From positions 194,163,422-194,227,421 of the forward strand of contig NC_058133.1 in assembly GCF_016433145.1 (NCBI RefSeq): a stretch of DNA of 64,000 nucleotides, read 5' to 3'. The DNA comes from Gracilinanus agilis. Its lineage: Eukaryota. The number at the start of each line of letters is the position of its first letter. Positions within the stretch are counted from its first letter, which is position 1. The position numbers and the translations under genes were made by a program. Shown here in pieces: positions 23,571 through 40,969 of this stretch. The notes beneath the pieces were generated by a model. That model had not been told where the DNA came from. It was given only the letters and a program-made list of their open reading frames with translations, and ran no database searches.

Positions 23571-24339
23571 ATAAATGTCAGCTATTATTATATATGACTA
23601 TGATGAGTTTGTGTAAGTCGTGCCCTCCTCTGTGCCTGTTTCCTTATGCATGATGATAGATAGCATTGAACTGGACAAACTTGAAAATTCCTTCCAATTC
23701 TACCATCTTGATTTGTGCATGTAGTAAAGCCTTTGGAGAAGGAAATGGCAAAACATCCCAATATCTCTGCCAAGAACACCCAAAATGGGGTCACAAAGTG
23801 TTAGACAGCTTGAGAATGGCTGAACACCAACAAAAAGTGAAGTCTCAGCCTCCTGGTCCAAGTGAGATGCTCCCTGATTGGGAAGAGGAAGAGGCTCCTG
23901 GACGGGTTTGATGGGGAGATGAGTTTCCATTCTGTCCCTTGGAGGAAGGGTCTCCCATGAGGCCAGGCCCTCCAGATGTTGACAACAGCTCTAAGGGGGA
24001 GGGTCTGGGAACTAAACCTCCTTCTCGTGGGCACTGAAGACCTGTTAACTTGCTTTAACACACTGCCAGGTGAGGTGAAGACAGAGGTAGGTGGGTGAAG
24101 AGAGACATAAGTAGAAAGTTAATGGTGTAAAAATGAACTGATGCAAAGTGAAGTGAGCAAAGCCAAGAAAACACTGTATACAGCCATGGAAATAGAATAT
24201 GATGATCAACTGGGAAAGACTAAACTATTATCAGCAAAGCACATCTCCAAGATATCCACGAGGGACTCATGATGAAAAATGTTCTCCACCACCAAGGAAG
24301 GAACAGTTGGAATCTGACCCTCTTAGAATCAATGTAAGT

Positions 24340-24550
24340 GGGGGCAGCTGGGTAGCTCAGTGGATTGAGAGCCAGGCCTAGAGACAAGAGGTCCAGGGTT
24401 CAAATCTGGCCTCACACACTTCCTTGCTGTGTGACCCTGGACAAGTCACTTAGCCCCCATTGCCTAGCCCTTACCACTCTTCTGCCTTGGAGCCAATACA
24501 CAGTATTGACTCCAAGATGGAAGGTAAGGATTTAAAAAAAAAAAAAAAAA
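24340..24550 (+). mobile_element. SINE1_Mdo-like SINE inserted in an L1 3' fragment (about 24040-24905)
   Basis: TSD agaatcaatg/ataagt on both sides; flanks look like L1 3' UTR. Confidence 0.85.
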
Positions 24551-25159
24551 GAATCAATATAAGTAAGGGTGAGGCAATGGGGGTTAAGTGACTTACCCAG
24601 GGTTTATAGCTAGGAAGCGTTTGAAGTCAGATCAGAACCCAGGACCGCCTGGCTCTCTATCTATTAAGCCACTTAGCAGCCCCTCTTCATGAGTTTTTTT
24701 TTTTTTAATTGTATACGTGATATGTGTCTTCTGTCACTGCATGAGCAAAATGGAAATATGTATTGCATAAAAGCCTTGATATTATCTATATCTGACTATT
24801 TAATACCCCGGTGAGGAGGTAGGGTGAAAGGGAAAGAATTCAAATTGTAAAATGCAAGAAAATTTTGTCAAAAATGATTTCTACATATATCTTTAAAAAA
24901 TAGAAATTTAATGGCATAGTAGAAAGAACGTTGGATTTAGAGTTAGAGGATCTGAATTTTAGTCTAAATTCTAACTATTCTACTTACTGCCAGGGTGACT
25001 ATGGAAAGTCATTGAATTTCTCTGCTGCTGGTTTCCTCATCTATAAAATGAATTGATTGTATTAGATGACCTTCAAGGTCATCTTCCTAATTCTAAGTCC
25101 TATGAAGTCTAGCAACAGACTGTTTTACAGAAAACTTACACAGAGGTCAGAAGAAGCAA

Positions 25160-25480
25160 AAAAAAAAAAAAGAAGCAATGCAAGGACACCCTCAAGGTCT
25201 CTCTGAAGAACGTGAATATCCATTCTGGGACTTGCACAGGTCCCAGTCCAAGATGGCGCATCCACATCATGGCGTGTTCTAGGAGGGAAGCAGGCTTGCA
25301 GGAGCTCCAAAGGACCGTGAGACCCACAAAGTGAGAGACATCTCTATCCCAAATGTTCACATGGGCTATTTGTGCCTGACCTCTGGTAGTACCTTCCGAG
25401 CTCCTACTGGTCTGATCAGCCAGTTGGACACATTGGACACTGACCTGGATATATGAAGTCGTTTTGGTCCCCTTTGAGTA
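25160..25480 (+). mobile_element. RTE LINE 3' fragment (decayed end of ORF)
   Basis: translates as KDTLKVSLKN... and NVHMGYLCLTSGSTFRAPTGLISQ, like the RTE C-terminus with a decayed C2H2-like motif. Confidence 0.7.
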
Positions 25481-25539
25481 CACAGGACTAAAAACGGGGG
25501 GTGGTAAAGAACAGAAAGTAGAAGAGGGAAATAGGAGGG

Positions 25540-25935
25540 TAGCTATGTAAGTGTAGGTGGCTTACTGGATAGAGAGACAAGCCTGGAGCCAGAAAATCCT
25601 GGGTTCAAATCTGGTCTCAGATACTTAGCTGTGTGACCTTGGGCAAATCACTTAACCCCAACTGCTTAGTCCTTGCTGCTCTTTTGTCTTAGAACTGATA
25701 CTAAGAGGGGGAAGGTAGGTGGTTCAGTAGATAGAGAATCAGGTCTAGAGACAGGAGGTCCTGGGTTCAAATCTGACCTCGGGCTCTTCCTTATTGTGTG
25801 ACCCTGGAAAAGTCACTTAAACCCCCCCCCCCCCAACCATTGCCTAGTCCTTACCACTCTTCTGCCCTGGAACTGATACTTAGAGTTAGTTCTAAGACAG
25901 AAGGCAAGGATTTAAGGGGGGGGGGGGGGGGGGAA
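25540..25935 (+). mobile_element. Two abutting SINE1-like elements
   Basis: two heads (about 25540 and 25713), each with gggttcaaatctg. Confidence 0.75.
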
Positions 25936-26874
25936 GGAGGATAAGCCAGGTGGTATATTGAATGGAGTCCTAGATTTAAAAGTCAGAAAACCTGAGTTTG
26001 AATCTTGCTCATACCCTTATTAGCTGTATGACCCTAAGAAAGATGTTTATCCACTCCCAGCCTCAGCTTCCTCATCTGTAAAATGGGAAGAATCATAGCA
26101 CCTACACCTCATGGAGCAATTGTGAGAAGAGGATGAGAAAATACAAAAATACATTGTTTTGCAAACCATAAACTGCCATATAAATGCTAGCTGGTTATTA
26201 GGAAGAAGAGGAAAGGGCAGAAGTGGTCACTAGCATGGGCCAGTGGGAGAGCACTGCCATCTCCTGGCACCAGTGGGAACCCCATTTCTACACCTTCTTG
26301 CCCAGAATGCAAGGAGTGGGAAATGAGGCAAGGAGCCATGGTTGCCTTTGTACATGGGGGGTGGGATAAGTTTTTCTATTGTCCCTCTTCCCAGATGCTT
26401 CTAGAACCTAATTCCCATTTGGCCTAAGGAAGCACACAGCTCACTCTGCATCTCTCAGATACCTCCCCTCTACCCCGTCAAAGGTCAGGAAATTACTTCA
26501 AATTTTTAGAGGCTCACTCCATAGCTTATAAGAAGAGAAGGAATAAGAATTTAGAGAGCATCTACCATGTGCTAAATTATTTTTATAAATATTGATTCTT
26601 GTTATTACCTGTAATTTATAATAAATTAAAAAAAAAAACAAATCTCGATTCTCACAACAACCCTTGGAAATGGGTGCTGTTATTATCCCCATTTTTATAG
26701 ATGAGAAAACTGAGGCCCCTGACCATGTACTCTTCATTCTAGTGGCACTGGTGAATGTTCTTTGCACATAACACTCCAATATAATAATGAAAATAAATGT
26801 AATATGTAATAATTAAATGCTATATGTAATATTTAGACATTGGTTTTGTTAAATAATATTAGTAAAAAAATTGT

Positions 26875-27473
26875 TGTGATTGCCATTTATAAAATTAATT
26901 CTTAAGTCACAAGGATGATAGTAGCTTTTAACAATTTAATTTAATATAAATACAGTAAAGGAAGGCATAAGGGTGAAAAAGGGGTTTTATGGGTTCAATA
27001 TATTAAAAGGTGGTCGCCAGAGGATTGAACTTTCAATCCTCAATTAAGAATAATCTCAAGTCAAAATTGACTTTCATGGAAGTGTATTTACAATTAGGAA
27101 GGTTGAAGGTAGGGAAATTGAAAGAAACTCTGGCCCAGACAAGGTAAGAATTTAGAGGCCCCGCAGAGGGGCACAGAGGTTAATTAAACAAGGCTTCTAG
27201 CCACAAGGCCTTTTACAATTAGAGAGGCAAGAGAGGCCTCCCTGAGGGTAGAACCTCCAGAAATGCCAAGGGAAGAGAGAGAGAGACAGTCTAACTTACC
27301 CACATGACAATTCGAAGGGATATTTAAAGCAATCTCACCCGTGTCTCAGCGTTCCAACACTCCTTCATGAACCAGAAGAGGTCCTCACCAGATGCTCTCT
27401 TCCACCAAAGACCTCAGCTGGCTGAGGACCTTCTCCTTTTAAAGGGGTCACTTATGCGTCACTTCCTGTTCCT
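26875..27473 (-). mobile_element. ERV LTR-like element (runs into gap)
   Basis: shares ggtggtcgccag, caagtca, tatttacaattagg and ctaacttacccac.tgacaat with the 29057 LTR. Confidence 0.6.
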
Positions 27474-27660
27474 NNNNNNNNNNNNNNNNNNNNNNNNNNN
27501 NNNNNNNNNNNNNNNNNNNNNNNNNNNNNNNNNNNNNNNNNNNNNNNNNNNNNNNNNNNNNNNNNNNNNNNNNNNNNNNNNNNNNNNNNNNNNNNNNNNN
27601 NNNNNNNNNNNNNNNNNNNNNNNNNNNNNNNNNNNNNNNNNNNNNNNNNNNNNNNNNNNN
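27474..27660. other. Assembly gap (187 N)
   Basis: N run. Confidence 1.
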
Positions 27661-28079
27661 ATACCACTAAAGGCTGGTCCATAGAATTTCAGCTCGCTCC
27701 CCAGCAAGGTTCTGATCTCCAGGTGGAAGTCCAGTAGTCTCTTCAGAGCAAGAGTTTTATCAGCCCACAAGGGTGTCTTCCACCCAAGCCACCAATGCCA
27801 AATGGAGAAGAATCAATCCCAGAAAACTCATGCCAAGGACTTCCATCTCCTCTACCTTCTCATCTTTTATAGCCTTTTTCTTCCTGTCTCCCTCTGAACT
27901 GGTCTATCACATCTCAGGAACCACTCCACATCCCTCTGACAAGGACTCATATCCATTAGTTCCCGGTCACGTTCCTAAGGCTCTTAACCTGTGACTTCTG
28001 TTTGGAGCATTCCAGCCACACTAATAGGATGAGTCAGACAAGAAGAAAGTTCATGATCCTGGGAGGAAGAGGCTCCTTT

Positions 28080-28430
28080 TACACACCATCTTCCTACTCT
28101 GGGCACCTGCACTGGCTGACCCTTATGCCTGGAATTCTCTTCCTCCTCATCTCCTTAAGTTCCAGATAAAACCCAACCTTCTACAAGAAGCTTTTCTCAA
28201 ACCTGCTTAATGTAAAAGCCTTTTTCCTTCTATTGATCATCTCCAATTTGTCCTGAAAACTTCTTGTCTGTAAGTAGTTGTTTGCTTGTTGTCCACACAC
28301 ACACCCCCAACCCCAGACTGGGAGCACTTTGATAGCAGGGACTATTTTTTTGCCTTTCTTGTAGCGCTAGGGCTTAGCACAGTGCCTGGCAAATAGTAGG
28401 TATTTAATAAATGCTTGTTGACTGACATAT
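28080..28430 (+). mobile_element. L2 LINE 3' end
   Basis: cttagcacagtgcctggcaaatagtaggtatttaataaatgcttgttgactga. Confidence 0.8.
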
Positions 28431-28496
28431 TTCAGATACTGTGATTGCCTGCCTCAGATAGTACATATGATATACACAAATCCATTCATATTTATA

Positions 28497-29000
28497 TAAG
28501 CATACTGCAGAAATATTGCCGATTTGGTTCCAGATGCCCACAATAAAGCAAATATCATCATAAAGCAAGTCCCGTGAATTTGGGGGTTTCCCTGTGCATA
28601 TAACAGTTACATTTATACTATACTGGAGTCTGTTAAGTGTGCAGTAGTATTACTGTGCATCTAAAAAAAACAATGTGTATGTCTTAATGAAAAAATACTT
28701 AATTGCTAAAAAAAATGCAAACCACCTTCTGAACCTTTAGCAAGCCCTCATCTTTTTGCTGGTAGAGGGTCTTGCCGCCATGTTGGTGGCTGCTGAAGGC
28801 TGGGGCCAGTTCTTAAAATAGGAGAAAAACAAAGTCTCTCTCATTGATTGACTCTTCCTTTTGTTTCAATATTTAGAGGCCATTCTAGGGTTATTAATTA
28901 ACCTAATTTCAATATTGTTGAATCTTAGGGAATAGGGAGGCCTGAGCAGAGAGGGAGAGAGACAGGGGCAGATGGTTGGGGGAGAAGTCAGAATACATAA
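28497..29000 (+). mobile_element. Tigger1-like TcMar DNA transposon fragment
   Basis: begins TA|taagcatac..atattgccgatttggttccaga..aataaagc, following the Tigger1 terminus as I recall it. Confidence 0.75.
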
Positions 29001-29002
29001 TA

Positions 29003-29810
29003 TTTTCTTTTTTAAACCCTTTCCTTCCATCTTGGAATCAATACTGTTATTGGTTCTGTAAGAATTAAAATTTAGTTATTATAGCTATATATTAAAATTA
29101 TGTGGCCGCCAGGAATCAACAATTCAGGTTGATTCCGTAATTAAATCAGACCCAAGTCAGCATCGGGTTGAAGAGTTTATTTACAATCAGGAAGGTAAGT
29201 AGGGATAAAGAGAAGAGGGAGGTTAGAAGTCTAAATAAATGAAGCTGTAAGCCGCAAGGCCCAACAGCCGGATAGGCAGAGTTTAGAATTGGCCCAGCTA
29301 GGCCAAGGAAGCCAGCCTAACTTACCCACGTGACAATACAGGAGTGTAAGCTGTCTGTGGTCTCAGGAGATGCTTCTTCCTCCAGTTCCAGAGGGCAACT
29401 GCCCCCACAGGAAGTTCACTCACTTACTTAAAGAGATAGTGTCTTTCATCACTTCCTATGGTCCACCTCTAATTCAAATGGACAAATGGCAGTTTCTACA
29501 TTGATTTGGACTGCCCAAAGGGCAGTCCCTTATTCTTGATTTGTTACTTATTGTCACGTGTGGGTAACTCGTCTCCCCTCCCCACTAAGGGAGGTGGGAG
29601 TGACATCATTAGCACGCCTGGGTTGAGTAGATTTTTTTACTATTAATGGGATCTGGCTAATTCTATTTACACAGTTCCAAGGCAGAAGAGTAGTAAAGGC
29701 TGGGCAAAAGGGTTTAAGTGTCTAGGAAGTGTCTCAGGCTAAATTTGAACCCAGGACCTCCAAGCTCTAGGGCTGACTCTCAATTCACTGAATCAGTCAC
29801 CTAATTGCCC
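29003..29810 (-). mobile_element. SINE1_Mdo-like SINE split by an LTR (29003-29056 + 29678-29810)
   Basis: the halves rejoin at tattggttc|caaggcagaagag. Confidence 0.85.
29057..29673 (-). mobile_element. Solo ERV LTR, about 617 bp
   Basis: TG...CA ends (tgtaagaatt / aattctatttacaca), 4-bp TSD gttc, minus-strand AATAAA 29176-29181. Confidence 0.85.
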
Positions 29811-30142
29811 TGTTTCCACTATTTGAAGGCTAAGGTTGAGAACCTCACTGTGAGGAGACTCATCTGTACAGCAAAGATCTAAGCCTAGGCCCAGGCAAGC
29901 ACCCCACAATGGCATGGTTCTGATCCCAGGTGGGGAGAATAGATGTGACTTTCCAGAGGAAGTTGGCATTGAAGGCTGCCAGTTCCCTGAGATATGCTAA
30001 CCACAGGCACAACCAAGGGGCAGCCCTGGGTCAGATGGCTCAAGATTTCTGCATTCTGCCTCTACTCTCAGTCATGCTGCCAACAGCTGTGATAACAGCA
30101 AAGGAGTTGATCCAGCCTGAAAAGTTTTAGGAGTAAGAAAGG

Positions 30143-30350
30143 GGACAGTTGTGTGACTCAGTGGATTTAAGTGCCAGGCCTAGAGATGAGAGGTCCTGGG
30201 TTCAAATCTGGCCTCAGACACTTTCCAGCTGTGTGACCCTGGGCAAGTCACTTAACCCTCATTGCCTAGCCCTTATCACTCTTCTGCCTTGGAACCAACA
30301 TAGTATTGATTCTAAGGCAGAAGGTAAGGGTTTGAAAAAAAAAAAAAGGA
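30143..30350 (+). mobile_element. SINE1_Mdo-like SINE
   Basis: full head to A tail. Confidence 0.88.
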
Positions 30351-32221
30351 ATAAGATAGAAGACAGAGAAATGAGAAAGAGAGAATGAGTTCATCCATCC
30401 ATCCATCCTCTCACTTTTCAAACCTAAACATCCCTAAAGCTTTGGAGAGTAAAACCAGAGCTCAGGCTGCCTAAGGACCAGCTCACCCAGCTCTGGGAAC
30501 TCAGCCCCACACCCTTGGGTCTAGAGCAAAGATTTCTTTGTCCTGTCTAGAGAGAGGAAAGAGCTGGATATACAGGCTGAAGGCAGGGGCCTTCTGGGCC
30601 CCCGGAAGAGAGATGCAAAGGAGAGACTTCAGGAATAGAGACGCTTGCGTGCTAAGTCCTACACCTGAGCAGATAATGTCTTTTTTGAAGTGCTCTTTGA
30701 CTGGCAGAGGTGGCAAATTTCAGGGAACAGTCCAGTACTGGAGCCATCAAGAAATGTCAAGACAAAATGGAAAGTGGAGATAAGAGGTTAAACCTCTCCC
30801 TTGCTGTGAAATGGAGATAAGAGTTTACATACACACACAAAAGGAAGGGAGGGAGGGGGAAGAGGGCAAAGGAGGGAGAAGATGATGGATAGACAGGAGC
30901 CCAATGCTGAACGCCCTGAAGCACTCAGAAAAGGCCAAATGCCAGGACTGGGCTGTTAGATGTACTCAGATCTCTTTTCTTAAGGGTGATCTGTTCACAG
31001 CCTGGTTACTCACACTGGGCTGGGGAAAAGACGACTAGAATTCTTTTCCTATCCTGGTCCTTCCTAACTCCTGCTGTCCCAACCTAGCTGTAGGGAGAGG
31101 CAAGAAGACACCTATATTTATCCTGTCCCTGAGAGAATCGTGGACAGTATCTTATTTTTCCTTCCTTTCATTCCCTTTCTACTCAGACTCCCTTTACCTC
31201 ATACACTATCCTGCCAGGCCATGGAAATGGGGTCTATATATAAATATTCCTATTTGAATTTATATACAAGGATCCCTACAGGCACACAAAGACTTAGAAA
31301 ACCACCTATTAACATTATCTATGTTTCATTGTATTCTTTATTTTGTTAAATATTTTCCAATTATATTTTCATCTGGATCTGGCCACATTAGTGAGTGTTG
31401 CTAAGACCCCCGAGGATGTTTAATACTTCTGGTATGGTAGATACAGCCCTACACTTAAGAGCTAGGACAGGGCGAGTTTTTCCTTTCAGACAATTCCTAG
31501 CTTTATGATCTGGAGCCAGACAGCCCATCTCCCTGAGTTTCAAGGTAAAACCAAGATAATAATAATCTATTCTATAGGGTGGTGAGGACCAAAGGAGATA
31601 ATACATGTAAACCACTGCTTTTCATACCTTAAAGTGATACATAAATGATAGCTAGTATTACTAAAATATTATTTTTAGTGTAATTCCTAAAATTATTACT
31701 GAGAGGCTTTTCCAATGAGAATTCTGAGAGACTAAGCCCCCCCCCCCCAGAAGAGAGACTTAGAGAGAGGAGGGGACTAGGCTGATCTTGGAAAGTAGAT
31801 TTGAGGATATCTTGGGGAAACAAATAGGATAAGTACATAGTAACTATACTGCTTGTTTCACATAGAACTCAAGGTTCAAAGGTCTTTTTAACCATTCCCA
31901 AAGAATTGGGTTATTTTTTTTTCTGCCACATCTCCTGCCCCTGAACATTAAGGGATACAGGCTTCCCTCCCCAACTCCCCATCTCACCATTTTTGCCAAA
32001 GTGCTCCCTTGTACCTACATCTTGCCTATCTTGTAGTTAATGAACTTCTTCCCATTGGTGCCCTTGGCATAGGACCTCTTTGGTGGAGGGTAGGGGAAAA
32101 GATGGGGAAGAATAATTGGTTGAATATATGTGACTCTCCAAAGAGCAAATATCCCACCAATGCCCACTCTTACTTGGACCAAGGGGCTCTCTCTCCTCCA
32201 GGAAAATGGAGGAAAGAGAAA

Positions 32222-32224
<3 letters not shown>

Positions 32225-32270
<46 letters not shown>

Positions 32271-32320
32271 AAGACAGACAGATAGACATAGACAGACAGA
32301 CATAGACAGATAGACAGACA
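32225..32320. repeat. (GATA)n/(GACA)n microsatellite abutting a gap
   Basis: direct. Confidence 0.95.
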
Positions 32321-32455
32321 NNNNNNNNNNNNNNNNNNNNNNNNNNNNNNNNNNNNNNNNNNNNNNNNNNNNNNNNNNNNNNNNNNNNNNNNNNNNNNNN
32401 NNNNNNNNNNNNNNNNNNNNNNNNNNNNNNNNNNNNNNNNNNNNNNNNNNNNNNN
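32321..32455. other. Assembly gap (135 N)
   Basis: N run. Confidence 1.
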
Positions 32456-33539
32456 CCCTTAAGGTTCTGTCACTCTGTAATCTGGCACAAACCACTTCCC
32501 AGGGTCCTCAAAGGATCAGATTGAGATGGAGAAGGAACCTTAGAGGTCAAGTCCAACTCCTTTATTTGACAGATGAGAAATTGTTGTTCAGTCATTTTCA
32601 GTTGTGTCCAACTCTATGACCCCATTTGGGATTTTCTTGGTAGAGATGCTAGAATGGTTTGCCATGTCCTTCTCCAGCTCATTTTACAGTTGAAGAAACT
32701 GAGCAACTTGCCTGAGGTCAAACAGCTAGTAAGTGTCTAAGGCCAGATTTGAAACTCAGGAAAAAGAGGCTTCCTGATTCTAGGTCCTGTACTTTATTCA
32801 CTGCCTCAACGATGAGGAAACAGGTTCAAATAAGCTACCTGTTCCTCATGTTCCCTAGGGTCACACAGCTACTGTGTTGGGCAGAATTCAAACCTAGGCC
32901 TTCCTGACAACATTCTACCACTACCCTGAATTGCCTTCCAAAAATGAGCTTCATTTTCTTGTCTCTGATGAAAACACAGAAATATGGGTGGGAGCTGAGG
33001 GATACAGTGCAAAGAGAGATCATAGCGGGAAGGGACCTTAACATCGAGGTAGACTGATGCCCTCATTTTCCAAATGTGGAAGCAGACCCAGAGTGGTTAA
33101 AAAGGCAGTAAACAACACTGCGGGCATTTGAACTCTCCTTTTACCTGCCCACTCATTCAAATTTTTCACCTATTCTAAATTGTGGTGTAGGGAGTGCACA
33201 AATCCTCTCCAGCCCACTCTCCTAGCTCATTCTCCCTCCTTTCTCCAGTTCATCACCTAAAAGACCATCTTCCTCTTCACTCCAACTCCTGCCCTTATAC
33301 TAAGGGCCTTTGATGTTTAGAGATATATTCTCCACTCCACTGACCTCTCCATTCCTCAGCCTCCTTTAGAACATCTATGATTTGATAATACATATATAAC
33401 CCAAGTTAAATTGTTTACTGTCTCTGGGAAGGGAGAAGGAAGGGAGGGAGACAATCTGGATCATACAACTTCAAAAAACTTATTTGAAAATTTATTACAT
33501 GTAATTGATAAAATATCTTTACCAAAAAAAAAAAAGTCC

Positions 33540-33740
33540 AGGGACAGGTAGGTATAGTAGCTAAAGAACCAGGTCTGAGTTTTAAAAGTTCTGGGTTCAA
33601 ATTCGACCTCAGATACTTCCTAGCTGTGTGACCCAGGGCAAGTCACTTAATCCCCATTGTCTAGCCCTTACCATTCTTCTACGTTGGAATCAATACTTAG
33701 ATTGATTCTGAGACAGAAAGTAAGGGTGGAAAAAAACAAA
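33540..33740 (+). mobile_element. SINE1-like SINE
   Basis: gggttcaaattcgacctcagatacttcctagctgtgtgacc. Confidence 0.85.
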
Positions 33741-33749
33741 CCATGACTA

Positions 33750-35640
33750 AAGTCTTTCACTGCACCCCAGTCACACATGTCACCATTACCCACAAGCATT
33801 CCATTTCCCTAATTAGAAACTCTTGACATTCCTCCATCTGACTATAATCTCCTAACATTCCCCTTCTCCCCAGGCCTCACCCTTGCTAAACCTTTTTTTG
33901 CTCCCAAGACCTCCAATCATTCCACCCCATCTGTACTTTCTCAGTCCTTGTTAGCTTCATTTCCCTTCCCTCTCCCATCTCACCCATACAGCTAATTAAC
34001 CATTTCATCTCTCCATAGTCCTCTGCTCTCAGAGCCCTTGCCAAACCTCAGTCCTGAGTTATTCCCACCATCCACCTCCTCTGCTCATGTTTCCAAGCTG
34101 AACTCAGTGGAGGAAGCTTTTTAATCATGATGACCAGATATATTTCAATTCATGTTATCCAATCTCAAATGGGCCCTCAATGTAGTGAGGCAAGTCCCTC
34201 CTTAACTCCCTGATGGACCCCTCTTCTTAGCCCCCACAGAGGCTATTCCAAGGCTTCCATCTTCAAGTCACAAATCTCCCCATCTCTTCTCTGACCATTT
34301 ACTTAACTGAAAAAAACCCAATTTCTTCCACTGCCATCTCAAAACGCTTTGAAATCTCCTACTCTCTCATTTTCCTAAGTTTCAGACAAAGGTTTCCATG
34401 GTCAGTTTCTCTTGCTGCATATTTAAGCCCATTCCTTTCCAAGTCTCCAGAAGTTTGCCTCTACTGGTTCCTTATGGTTTTCAATAAGTAAACCTTCCTA
34501 ATTCTTAAAATCTTTTATTAGTTCCTATCTCCTTTCCCTTTCCTAGAAAGTTTCACTCACTGCCTTCCCTTCCTCTCCTTTCACTCAACTCTTTGTAATT
34601 TGGCTTCTGACTTTATCACTGAATTTGAACTGAAATTTTCTCTAAAGTTAATTTTCTTAATTGTCAAATCTGATTGTCTTTTCTATCTTTAGCCTTCCTG
34701 CCTTTTCTGCCACTTGACCCTAAAGGTTTCTCTTAGACACTCCTGGGTTCTTCTATCTTTTTGTTTTTGTTTTTTTTTTTAACTCTTATTTTGTCTTAGA
34801 ACCAATACTATGTATTGTTTCCAAGGCAAAGGAGTGGTAAGGGCTGGGCAATGGGTGAAGAGGGGAAGGGTTGTAACTTGTCCAGGGTCATATAGCTGGG
34901 AAGTATCTGAGGTTAAATTTGAACCCAGGACCTCCTGTCTTTAGGCTTGGCCTTCCTATCCACTGGGCCACATACCTGTCCTCTATCTCCTTTGCTGGTT
35001 AATTCCCTTATAACTTCCATTAATTTGGGGAGTACCCCAAATTTGTACACCCTAGGCCCCCTTATCTTCTCCCACTACACCTCTTAGTAACCTGGTCAAT
35101 TCCCACTGGCTTAACTATCATCCATCCCCATTAAGATAATTCATAGATCTGGGTTGACTGATTCAGTGAGCTTTAATCCTAATCAATCACCTATCAAGGC
35201 ATTTCAAACTGGTCTCAGGGATATCTCAAATTAATCATGTCCAAAACTGAACTCTCCCTTTTCCCCAAAACTCTTCCCCCTTCTTGTTAAAGACATCACA
35301 ATACTAGTCACCAAGTCCACTCACCCCACAAATCCAGGCAGTTGCCAGGTCTTGAGTTTTTAACCTATGGAACATCTCAAGCATAACTTTTCCTTCCCAT
35401 AACCAGTTCAAACCCCCATCACCACCACTTCCTAAATCTCAACAGCCTCTTCCCTGTGTTGTGCCTTAGCACTCCTCCACCCTGCTACCAAAATCGTATC
35501 TCTCTGGATGGACAAATGACTCTACTCTATCAACTCCAGTAGCTACCTATGCCCTTTATGCTAAAATATAAATTCCTGTTCTATGTTTAAAGCCCTTTTC
35601 ATGTTTGCCCCAATCGCCTTCCAGCCTCATTTGGAACCTT
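33750..35640. mobile_element. Old L2 fragments, interrupted by a minus-strand SINE (about 34765-34985)
   Basis: pyrimidine-rich L2-like text (catgtccaaaactgaactctccc; aatcatgatgaccaga). Confidence 0.6.
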
Positions 35641-36613
35641 GATTAACTTATAATGTGGGGAGGCAGAATTTGAAACTTAAAATTCTTTTGAAAATGTTGG
35701 AAACCGTCTTTACAGGTCATTGGGGGGAAAGAAATTAAAAATAAACCCATACCTTCTTTAAGAATCAGAACCTAAATGTCTGTTCTAAGGGAGAAGAACA
35801 CTAGCTAGGTAATAGGGAGTTAGGTAATTTGCCTTGAGTCACACGACTATGATGTACCCTGACTATGCAGCCAGGCAGCTAGCTACTCCATCCTGCACTC
35901 TTTTAACCAAGCCAAATTGGCTTTCTACTACTGCACTGGCCATCCCATATATCTGAAATGCACTTCAACCTTTCTCTTTCTTTAAGATACCAAGTCAGGA
36001 ACCACCTTCTGCAGTTTTCTTGACCTTCCTCCTCCTTTGCAAACTCTGTAGACTTTCATTTTTATCTCAACGCATTTTATGTTGTATCCATTTCGATGGA
36101 ATTTCGAGCAGGGAAATTTAACTTTTGTATAGACCCAGCACTTAGCAGAGAACAATCTTAACACTTGCTGACTTGTCTAGGCCCTTTGTAAGACTCTCTA
36201 CCCTAAAAGGGAAATGGGAAGGAATAAGCTTAATAAATTACATGTAATTAGTAACAAAAAAAATTTAAAGGGGGAGTGGAATAAGCTTAGTCAAATATGT
36301 GCGTTGGAGTAACTTTGTTTTCTTGAAGCATCCCATTCCCTTAAGAGGAATAAGTCAGGTTCTATTAAGACACCTGTGTGTTATAGTCTGGCAACTGTTT
36401 TTGACCTATACTAACTTAAAAGATTACAAGGTAAGAATTCATTAAAAACCTCATTATGAATGTTCATGGCTACCTTTCCTTTTTGGCAAAGATCAAGTAT
36501 GGCATCCTACTTGTAAAACCTAGAGGATGGTGCCAAACACAAAACCAAAGCCAAGCATCTTGACTGAGACAAAGAGATAGGACCATATAAGACTGATAGA
36601 CTGACCGATTTTT

Positions 36614-36619
36614 TTTATT
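36614..36619 (-). terminator. RPL19 polyadenylation signal AATAAA
   Basis: tttatt on +, about 50 nt after the stop codon; short 3'UTR typical of ribosomal protein genes. Confidence 0.85.
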
Positions 36620-36667
36620 GTATGAGCCAAATAGAAGGGTACTATATACAGAGGAGATAGAGGAGAA

Positions 36668-40931
<4,264 letters not shown>

Positions 40932-40948
40932 GGCTGCAGCCGCAGCGC

Positions 40949-40969
40949 GGAAAAGGAAAGGAGAGAGAA
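40949..40969 (-). promoter_or_regulatory. RPL19 5' TOP / TCT initiator pyrimidine tract
   Basis: minus strand ttctctctcctttccttttcc, ending about 17 nt before the ATG. Confidence 0.9.

Noticed and set aside
25250-25258. YY1 consensus AAGATGGCG
   Set aside because: Lies within a decayed RTE fragment with no other promoter signs
26875-29673. The two LTRs as the ends of one provirus
   Set aside because: Too divergent, the second has its own TSD inside a SINE, and no gag/pol remnant lies between them
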